Source: Octopus bimaculoides (Eukaryota). Taken from it: a DNA stretch of 64,000 nt. A model generated the notes under the pieces. The model was given only the letters and a program-made list of their open reading frames with translations. It was not told the DNA's origin and did no database searches. The position numbers and the translations under genes were made by a program. This document shows positions 53,580 through 64,000 of this stretch, one piece after another. The stretch's first letter is position 1. Each line of letters opens with the position of its first letter. Where the stretch lies: positions 51,937,230 to 52,001,229 of the forward strand of contig NC_068989.1 in assembly GCF_001194135.2 (NCBI RefSeq). The letters run 5' to 3'.

Positions 53580-55010
53580 TTGAGCTGATATGGGAATGGA
53601 ATTCTGGCTAAATTAATGTACATATTTGATTGCTGAACGGGAAACACCAGTCCCTCAGACCTCAAAAACCGGGCATGAATGGAGCCATTATCTCTGCTCT
53701 CCCACAGAGAAAAGTTCTGTAAAGTTTCTGTAAATAATGATCAAAAAATATTTTTATCAGACTTAGAAAAATATGATAGTCGGAACTCTTCACCTACATC
53801 AAGTCAATATCCCATGATGCATTTGCACTTCTGGTGCTGAAAGAAACATTTGAGATACTTGACTGGTCTTTAGAAATTCACTCCATAGACCCGCAAGCTT
53901 CTGACATCAACTGGAAATCTACCCAAAAATAGTGATATTGGCAGGCTCTACCTAAAAAGAGATAAACAAGGCAAACACTTTAGAACAGTAGAGATAACCT
54001 TCCAATGTCGCATAGCCTCTTTCAGATTTCACTTGCTAAACAACAGCAAAAGAAATATATACTTCAATTTAGTTTTGAAATGGGAAGAAAACAATATCCT
54101 ACGTGTCGGAAGCGAGCTACTCAGGAAGCATTCTGTTCCTGATGACCTACCATACAACTCCATACCAGCCGCACTAGTATACCTCAAATACAACCTGAAG
54201 GTGAAACTCTCAGCATGCCTAAAAAGAAAACCATGCGTGGGTATGTTTCCCGACGACTTGAGGAAAACAGTGTAAGTGACAAGAAGCGAAGGCTCTCTTG
54301 AAGTAGTGACCGCTTCATCATATCACACTTCGAAAGATATGCATTTGCAATCCAAGAACAAACGATTGCTTCTAAATAACTAACAAAAGTGAGTCCTTTG
54401 GAGCTCCAAGATGCACTCGAAAATGGAGACTATGTCATATAACTGTGGACGGCATCACACATGCGAATAGTAGCTGCCCAAAAATGGCATATGCGACTTG
54501 AGGTTGTTGCAAAAACAATACAACAGTTCCACCCGTAAAAAAAGACTGCCCTAGAATAAATATAGAGAACCCCTTTGTTTTTGAATACGTACACAATATC
54601 AGCACAATGAATCAAGGAATACTGGAAGAACATTGTCATCAAAATATCTGTCAAGAATAAGCATAACAAGCCGGATATTGTTATTCGGGACGGATAAGAA
54701 TATGTGTGTACCATCATAGAGCTCAGCTGCCCTGCTGATGTGAATGACTGTTTGAAAGTCAAAGAGAAAGAAGACAATACATGGACAACTGCTCCGAAAC
54801 CTCTAGCTACTATATCCGGATTACAATTTTACATCTATACCAGAAATAATCGGTGCACTGCGATTTGCAAGTAAATGCCTGACTGTCAGTCTGAATAAGC
54901 TTAGATTTTCAGAAAAAGAAATGAATCAACCGAGTCGCACATTGCAAATAATATCTATAAGTGGAACAGTAAAACAATGCAAGATTTTTCTCAAGTTTAA
55001 AATGTGACTG
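53580..55010 (+). mobile_element. R4/Dong/NeSL-group RLE non-LTR retrotransposon, degenerate 3' 1.4 kb
   Basis: LLTSTGN..SDIGRLYLKRDKQG (RT thumb, ~53900-53970), ERYAFAIQEQ, KHNKPDIVIRD..IIELSCPAD (RLE PD..E), IPEIIGAL, LQIISISGTVKQCKIFLKFKM*. Confidence 0.82.
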
Positions 55011-55469
55011 TTTTCTTTATAAGCATTCGAACGATAGAGCTTTGTAACTATGTTAGAAACCAGCTCTTTCTTCAAAGTAAAAATTTAAATAATTAAAAGC
55101 AGAAACGTACTTATAATATTACATATTCATGTGCATACACATAGAAAACAAATATAAATTTGTAGTAAATGATACCTACCGAAACTTCTAATCACATACT
55201 TATACACTTATTTCTAATGTAAATATAAGAACACTAGCATATGAAAATATTTAGGTACAGTTTCACTGAAAACATAAGCCACTGCATACTTGTGTACATA
55301 TTTAACACTGTATATCATAATGATGTTAAAGACACATTTCTTTGTTTCTAAACTTACATTTCAATAGACATAACAGTGGTGAGATAAATAGTTAAGAGAA
55401 TAATTAAATAAAAATAATATAAGCGTCCACCTCTTGAAACCTATTTTACCATATACCTGGCATTACAAC

Positions 55470-55523
55470 GGTGCTACGGTATAGGGCACTGCTACGGTAT
55501 AGAGCGGTGCTACAGTATAGTAA
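55470..55523. repeat. Three tandem copies of an 18-bp unit (core gctacggtatag)
   Basis: Read directly. Confidence 0.8.
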
Positions 55524-56197
55524 AAAATAAACTATCCACCGGTAAACGAGAGAGTTACGAGGTCAACGAGTTAAGTACTATAATAAATATACTATCGCAT
55601 AGACATCTTCCTATATATATTTTATTATGCAAATGAAAAGAACAATTTTAAATACAGACAGGTTGGATATAATCACCTGTGGGAAAATATTTGCCGATAT
55701 AATTTTCCATACACTGATAAATGTTTAAAAAATAATTTCAGAAATAGGCTAAACAATTTGTTTAGAGAAGAAATATTGTGTAATATTCATTTTGAGGTTA
55801 GCACAAGGTGAATTTGAAAATGTGAAACGGGAAAAGCGAATATTCTGCTTGTACTGAAAAAGAAATATCATCGTTATCATATTCGTACATCTGTGTGTGG
55901 GGAGTGGAGAATATGTGTGCGTCTGTGAGTGTATAGAAGTTGTCATCAACGAGTGCGGACGTCTTTATATCATGTGTTTTAAGTCCGTTAACTATTCCAG
56001 TTGCATAGTAGTCGCTAGCAGGTACAGACCGTTTTCCAGATGTCCATTCTTTTAAACCTGTGACCCAGCAGCATACCAAAATTTGACAATGGAAGGAATA
56101 ACAGAGGGTTAGATTTGACACACAAGATATTATGCTCGTACAGCAAGAATACCCCACCACTAGACCACTCAACACCTGACACTATTTCTTACTCTCT

Positions 56198-56238
<41 letters not shown>

Positions 56239-57972
56239 GGGGGGTGCATAAGTAAGTAGATCAAAGACAGAAAATGGAATTAACGAATTTTTTTATTTTA
56301 TTGAGAACCACTACAATTGTTTCGACACATTCTAGTACCGGTATATTATACGTGAGATGCTGTGCCGTCAGGTGTCTGACATCATAGGCATCGCATTATA
56401 CGCATGCAATGTAAGATAATATCTTACGTACGAATTACAGGTGCGAGAATGCGTCCCAACAATCCTGAGGTTCTTGAAAAAAGAATCACGTTACCTCCAT
56501 GTTCTGTATTTCATCTATTTATATAAACACTACGGGCACTAAGGAATTTCTGAAGTATATCCAGAGGCTTTTGCATTCCTAATGTACGATGACATCAGGT
56601 AATGAATAACTGTGGACGAGCCTTGCAGTATATTCTGCAAGGTTTTTACCCCAATCTCACTTAACTTAGTAAGTACATACATATGTGAATATGTGTATGT
56701 CTGCGTAGATAAAGAATGAAAGGCATATATAGATAAGAAGATAGATAGCAAACATAAATAGTAAATGCAATTTATAGGTCAGCTAACAGTTAATAAATTA
56801 GCATATATCTGATAATTATCAACTTTAATGAATTATTTTAGAGTTCACATACACACTCATGTTTTTTCGTCATTCTGTGTTACTTCTAATTACCCTCTCA
56901 AACTTAGTTATTTCGAATGTAAATATTATTTAAATGAAAACTAAAATGTAGATGATGTGTTTACGGCTCATATAACATTCACAACTCAAGTTATTAGCCA
57001 TTAACTCGATAAATTGTGGCCCTGTTTCAAAAACAATTCTATGTCCTGTCATCGTTGTTCCTTCTCTTCCTAATATTTTCATCGCATTGCAGATAATTAG
57101 GCAGTTATCATAAGTTCTTAAGAACTTAGAAGATATGGTTTCTACAGGAAAGATTCCTAAAATCTGTTCTTACGTCAACTTCTAAATGCTCAAAAGAATG
57201 CAGAATCTTTTCCATATCCCAAAAGGTAAGGTTATGGGTGTTATAATAAAAACAGCGTAGCCGAGAAGCAGACTAATTCAACACCTCTTGTTCATAGCAT
57301 GATTTAAACCGATTTAACTGCTGCAAAGTTTCAGATCATAAACTTCCGATGTGACGACAATCCGCTATACAGACATGATGCATGTTATAGCACATACGTT
57401 TGCGTACTATCATAGCTTGTTAGTAAGTAAAGAGAATACGCAAAACAAAGTTGCTGATGGTGACTTTTCTACAGTGATAACACGAGCCCCGAACTTATGA
57501 ATAAAACCTTCGTAGCTTGCACCTTCAATGCACAATTTTATAAACATCTATTTCATTAAATTCTGGGTCATCATAAATTCACATTCGTTTCACTTATGTC
57601 AGCTATGCACTGCTGTTTGATTAGTCTGAAAATTTACTTTTGATAAAATGAATGTAATATCAAAAAAGTTTGCAAATAAATTTACCAATTTGAATCCATT
57701 TGCAATTTGAATTTGAAATTTATATCTCACCTTCTTCAGGATTATTTAAGAAACACACTTTATCCTTAATGCGTTAGAGGTGGTAAATGTCAAGACTATT
57801 TCTTTATTTTATTGCATCATTTAATTAAAATGGTATTTTTACTAAATTGATATTCACAATCACGCAGTTACAGAAGCAATTTATTTTCGGAATCCAAGAA
57901 AACCAATAATAAAGTAACGATAACGACATTAAGAAAAATACACACATACATACATATATACATACACACACA

Positions 57973-58018
<46 letters not shown>

Positions 58019-59819
58019 NNNNNNNNNNNNNNNNNNNNNNNNNNNNNNNNNNNNNNNNNNNNNNNNNNNNNNNNNNNNNNNNNNNNNNNNNNNNNNNNNN
58101 NNNNNNNNNNNNNNNNNNNNNNNNNNNNNNNNNNNNNNNNNNNNNNNNNNNNNNNNNNNNNNNNNNNNNNNNNNNNNNNNNNNNNNNNNNNNNNNNNNNN
58201 NNNNNNNNNNNNNNNNNNNNNNNNNNNNNNNNNNNNNNNNNNNNNNNNNNNNNNNNNNNNNNNNNNNNNNNNNNNNNNNNNNNNNNNNNNNNNNNNNNNN
58301 NNNNNNNNNNNNNNNNNNNNNNNNNNNNNNNNNNNNNNNNNNNNNNNNNNNTATATATATGGCGTGGTGCGAGTGTGCATAATACTTGTAGTGTTGGTTG
58401 TAGAATAGATTTTGATAATTTTATTTTTGATAGTCGTGGCGGTAATGATGGGTATGGTGAAGTCTGTGGTGTCATTAACGTCACAGTTACTGTAACTGTA
58501 TTTTAGTTGGTGTCATAGGTGATTGTGATGAGGTGTTTATTACGATGGTAGTAATTGTGATTTTAGTTGACATCATTCACTCCAACAAGTTTATCATGAC
58601 GGTGACCATTTTAGAGAATGTTCTGCCGATGGACGCCGTGGTAGTGGTAGTGGTGCTGCTGCTGCTTATAACGAGAAAAGAACAGAAATGTGATTGCGTT
58701 AGGAGAAGTTTGTTTCAGAGATATCAATTGCAATAGTGGTGCTGGTTGTTGAAATGAATGTAGTGTACGCATTAGGATAATAGTAATGCTGGAAGTATAA
58801 TTAAAGATGGTATTGATGGCCGAAAGGTAGAGGTAACTGAGATATTTTTGATTATTTTCAGTTAACATCAAAATAATTTATAGTCCAATTATTTTCTAAA
58901 CAGCTCATTGTTCATAACCAAAACGAATTCTATTATGGCTAAGTTCATTAAATCAGAGTTATGCGGTAGTTGTCCATTAGAATTAAATTACCTGTCTGTT
59001 AGTTCAACAACGCAACAGAAACAACAATTACAAGATATCACTTTCTTTTAATTTTCTGTATCTTTTAAATTATGCTTGGTATGTAGATGAGGGTGTCTAA
59101 GAATAAATGATGGGTGAGTTGTGACGGAAGTCTCAGAATACAGCGGGGATCGAATTATAGCAGATTCATGTTGAAAGCAACCGTAACGTCCATCGTATAA
59201 AATATTTGCATCGTCCAACATAGAAATAATCGTTGAAATTTAATTGTTGACCGGATGTTAGCTGAAGTAATAGGAATGGCATTATCGATTGCAATGATAG
59301 ATATCAGGATGCCAGACATGGAGTATCGAATATGTTATGATGATGAAAATATTGGTTGTGGTGTGAGGGACGACAATATTAAATGTAACGGCGAATATTG
59401 ATGATGACAGTGCTAGATGTAATAGAAAAAAATGGATATAACAATGATGATAGACAAGATATTAGTGGTGATGGCGAAAGTGTGTGACGGAACAGGGATA
59501 ATGATGATGGTTGAATAGGGACAATGTTGCTGATAGAGATAACTCCTTAAACTCTTCAGCAGATAATGAAGCTGACTCTAACGAAAATTGTATACTTTCC
59601 CGGTGTAGTTATTTTATTTAACACAGCATTACTCAGGTCGTTAAACTTTGTGTGAATAGTGTATAACGTATTTCAGAGCTTCATTTAGTTTTAAAGTTGC
59701 TGTCTTCATAATAGAAATTGGAAACTTGAATTGTAGTTCGGTGTATATTCATCATTGGCATACACATACACTTACAAATACGCACGCACACGCACAACAA
59801 CACAAACACATACACATAG

Positions 59820-59873
<54 letters not shown>

Positions 59874-59874
59874 C

Positions 59875-59930
<56 letters not shown>

Positions 59931-60829
59931 TACATACATACATACATACATATCCATGTATATATACACACACACATACAAACAAATATATACATGCATA
60001 TGCGTGTGTGAGAAAGACAATATGTGCAAGGAAAACATAAAATCGAAATTCTTCAATAAGTCTGACCCTAATCTAAGTATACATCCGCTCTTCAGCTGCA
60101 TAGTGATTATTTTTATAGTTTGGACAACTGGACAGTACCACTCAATGCAGCGGTGTCAAAAAGATCAAAAATATAAACACTGCTTAGTTAATTTATACAA
60201 GATGCAAGAGTCATTCATATGCTCGATTCGTACATTAAGTCGATACAAACACAAATAACAAATCTCCAATATAATACTGTCACATACCTGCAGCTATCAA
60301 ATGTAGAAATGAAATAAAATGAATTATATCAAATAAAGAAGACACATTAAAACTCACATTGCTAGCTAAACAACGATAGGACATAAAATCTCAAAACAGA
60401 TTAAACGGCGCAAACAAATGTGATTAAGAAAATATTATTTAAAATATAAGTTATGAATACCATAAATCAATAAAATACGGGAAAAAAATAATAATAGTTT
60501 GATTAAAGGAAAAACAAAGCTCAGGTTCATAAGGTAAAAATCATAATAAAAACAATAATATTTCATCTTCCCAGGGTCGCTAACAGTAAAGAATATACAA
60601 AAAATTCAAACAATGCCATGTTAAAAACATATAGAAATAATAAATATTACATATAAATTATAGAAATTATACGAAAAACAAGCGTTTTCACTAAAGAAAC
60701 TACGCAACATGTTTAAAGCCTTAAAAATACTTTAAGTAAAGCGATCATACCGAAAATATTCTCAATACAAACAACATTGAACCCAAATGCTACAATACAG
60801 CCAATGTTTCTCTTTTCACTTCCAATGAG

Positions 60830-61430
60830 TAACAAGGAAACTCCAGTCTATGTAATATAGGAGCTCAAGTTCAAAATCCACCCACTCCCAGAAGTCATGT
60901 TGTACACAATTATATATGGTGACAGTTGCAAAATAACCTCTAGCAATCTTAATGCCAGATGTTAAAGCTTTTCAATCACACAAGCAGCGAACATTTTTGT
61001 AAGTCCCAAGTGATCCTACAGCAAAGTACTGCTCTCACATATAAAACATTCCTGTTATTGCGCACTGAAAGACTCTGACCGGCATCCAGAAACGGATTAC
61101 TTGAATGATTGACATTCTGCCACTACTGAAAATGAAAATGCTTCAACCAACAGACCAGTAATCTGAAGTCTTTGTCTTTTCTATCGCTGGAATAATTTAC
61201 TATGCACCTAGGAGCTGCACGGGCCTTTTATGTACCGCCCAGACAACTACCTATTCGGTGCACTACATCTCCTCATCTCTAAGGCATCCATCGTCCTCTC
61301 AGCACTCACGGCTATATTCAGGTTTTCCTTTCCAGAACCTTTTACCTCTGGAAATTTTCCTCTGCGCATCGTACCTTTCCCTCAGCTGTTGACCTGCACC
61401 AAAACAATAACCACATCATTGTTGCCTGTT
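60830..61430 (+). mobile_element. Degenerate 3' end of a CR1/L2-group LINE
   Basis: FCKSQV..AKYCSHI (LYKxQVRPxxEYCSHIW-like), GIQKRI, SLCLFYR (61167-87), FLSRTFYLWK (FFPRT..LWN-like). Confidence 0.7.
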
Positions 61431-61929
61431 TCTGGGTGAATGGTTTCATAAGATGTATTGACTCCTCCCTTCCCTAGATTCCAGAAGTAACAACATTTAT
61501 GAACATGATAGCAGAACACTTATATGAACAAACACAAGTTATGGGTGTTTCAATATTTCGATAAGCTTTGTCCGTATTCATGAGGAAATGGTTAATGTAC
61601 ATACACATAAACTACTAAAGGAAAATGCATGCGGGGTCGGTGGACATTAACATTGTTTTAAAAATCTGTGATTACTAATTAAAGCCATATACTGACATTT
61701 ATTTTTGATAGTGCATAAGAAGTAGATTATTTGTCTTCGGGGACATTTTCATAAGCGAAGCGACGATTCTAAAATAATCGGGAAAAGAAAATGGTCTGTT
61801 AACTCTGAACAGTTTTAAACCAAATTCCAATACTCAACGTGTAGCATATTAGTGTAGTGAAGATATAAATATTGTTAATCAACACTAATTACATAACTAT
61901 AAGAATTCGATTGAACACAGCTAATTTCG

Positions 61930-62060
61930 TCAACATCATCATCATAATCATCTTCATCATCATCCTCATCATCATCATTATCATCATCTTCATCATCATC
62001 ATTGTCATCAACATCATCATCATCACCAATAACTACAATATCATTATCGTTATTATCTTT
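61930..62060. repeat. (CAT)n-derived microsatellite
   Basis: Read directly. Confidence 0.9.
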
Positions 62061-63148
62061 AGCATCATCAGCCCATACGTTGTTTCACGATCACATCTTA
62101 AATGCTATTGATTCAGCAAGATAGTATAGTCAATTGGTGCCACCGAAACACCAGTCCTTGTTTCTGTGACTGAATGTCTTAACAGATGTGGACCAACTGA
62201 TTTGAATGTAGAAGGTAGATTTTCGAAAGTAAGCGATATGAAACACGAGTTCATAACAAGTTCGATAAATATCCTCTTTATGGAAATACAAATGATGGAT
62301 TTTGTAAAGCACCAGGGGGATTACAATTTATAGCATGGGTCGGAGTAGTAGAAATATACCGCAGCAAATTGTAGATAGCTATTTTAACAACAATTATTCG
62401 TAACATGGAATAAGTTTGATTCAATCAGGAAATGAAATTGTGCACAGATCTCGTCTTCTCAGCGTTATGCATATTTCTATACAACATTAACCAAAAATAA
62501 TTTCAAAACTGAGATATCATACTTGGAGACATGGTAAATTTTTATTTAATTAGAGACCAGTATAGCTGAACACATGTGCTTTCTATTCAAATCGAAATGT
62601 AGGAATGACATGTCCAACCCGGCGGGATTGTAATCAGGCAGTGACGAGACGCCTCTAAATAGTATAATGCATTTAGACGAACGCACTTGAGGTTCTGTAG
62701 TCTCATCGACCTGCAAAGTTTCAAGTTATCCACATGACAACCGATCATTAGTTGCAAATAAATTAAGAGTTAACGGTAATATACCTAGAGGAGAGAAACG
62801 TGTTTAAAATGAAGTCAATTAATACATTTAGCACTGTAGAGAATCATAGTTATCTATCAAGCCGATTTAACATGTTCATTAATTTGTTTCGAGAAGAATT
62901 ATAGCAACCATAAGTGTTATGGCAATAAGAAAAGTCAACAATAACTACAGTGGTAAAATGTTGGAGTTCAAACGTTCAGTTCTTGATGTAATATTCTCAA
63001 GTATTAGAGAAAAATAGTGATGAAGTTCTGTAATGGAAACAGAAGCAGATACATTGGGATAATGTAAAATATATTTCTAACTTACTCATAATAGCTGAAG
63101 AATATACAATTATAATTTAAATCACGTACATCCACTCAACATGTACGC

Positions 63149-63184
<36 letters not shown>

Positions 63185-63966
63185 GTGTGTGTGTGTGCGT
63201 GTGTGTGTGTGTGTGTGTGTGGGTGTGTGTGTTTGTATGCGTGTGTGTGTGTGTGTGCGTGTGTGTGTGTATGTATGTATGTATATACGTATATAAATTT
63301 GTCTGAATCATTGTGTGTTATTTGTCTATAAACTCTGCTTATAGAAAAATAGGCATGTACACCGAGACAGGAGATGAGCGGAATAATGGACAGCAAATCG
63401 ATTTCTAGTACATTCACCTTCTTATTTTTATTGTAGATATGGCTGTATCACATTAAGACAATTCCTTCCAAAGGCCCCTTTGATTAGCACCAAATCCTTA
63501 TTTTGTTTTGAATATTTGGTAACAAATGAACTACACAAAATCATGAAGAATTTTACTATACACATTCGTCCAGCAATTACTTTCAGCCCATTGGAAATTG
63601 AGCATACCATTGCATATGAAGGGTAGAAGAGGCTTGGGGTACCATTAAAAGTACATGCATATAAATAGAGTGAGCTTATACACAGTTATTTAACTTAAAG
63701 CAGTGGGGAACATTTTTTAAAAATAAGTCACACAGAAGAAAGTGGAGAGAAACATCCTGCAGTATGTGTACACGAGTGATGAATATCATTAGTTGCTATA
63801 CAATGTGAAAGAAATCAAAAGTAAAAATCTCATTATACGTAAATGACACGTTATATAAACATAAATATATATGTACATGTGTGTGTGTGTGTGCATGTCT
63901 ATGTACCTAGATATGAAATTATATCTGTGTGTATGTGTATGTATCTAGATATGGAATTATGTTTTA

Positions 63967-64000
<34 letters not shown>

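Noticed and set aside
62130-62312. KEDIYRTCYELVFHIAYFRKSTFYI, resembling the Cys-loop receptor pre-TM1 strand; HLLRH in another frame
   Set aside because: No hydrophobic TM1 follows in any frame and no other Cys-loop or recombinase motifs are nearby; likely chance.
124-63417. Long ORFs with X runs or poly-IY/TH/CV/I/M/R/S tracts
   Set aside because: They arise from (TA)n, (CA)n and trinucleotide repeats and from N gaps at 168-351, 8458-8615, 10953-11231, 29096-29695, 30668-30791, 37221-37511, 39762-39836, 40595-41202, 46099-46108 and 58019-58351.
47011-63520. Isolated good splice-site pairs (~47011-47079 +, donor 47746 -, donor ~57730 -, ~63436-63516 +)
   Set aside because: Short, unrecognisable peptides on inconsistent strands; expected by chance in AT-rich DNA.
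1-64000. CRISPR arrays, rRNA or genuine tRNA genes
   Set aside because: No repeat-spacer arrays or rRNA-like sequence seen. The tRNA-like A/B boxes belong to SINE heads without a full cloverleaf.

Overview
AT-rich eukaryotic DNA, very rich in microsatellites, with ten N gaps (about 2.7 kb in total). The SINE families and repeat content suggest an octopod cephalopod draft assembly; this is inference from recalled repeat sequences, not a database result. No host gene can be called with confidence, and most listed ORFs are microsatellite or gap artefacts. The window is mainly decayed mobile DNA. DNA elements: a full-length Tc1-like element with ~190-bp IR/DR-type TIRs and apparent D37E spacing (1457-2910), a full-length mariner (24509-25760) and a Helitron 3' end (30661). 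Retroelements: two Penelope-like (PLE) GIY-YIG elements, R4/Dong-like RLE, Tx1/L1-like, CR1/L2-like and RTE-like LINE fragments, and many tRNA-derived SINE copies, one with a perfect 17-bp TSD. The most interesting signal is a set of hammerhead-ribozyme-like motifs in PLE-type or retrozyme-like contexts: a near-canonical minimal motif at 11346-11385 inside a 200-bp foldback, a type III-like motif ending the 4.5-6.8 kb PLE, and a 208-bp-period tandem at 46.1-46.4 kb. A few low-confidence minus-strand exon candidates are noted.
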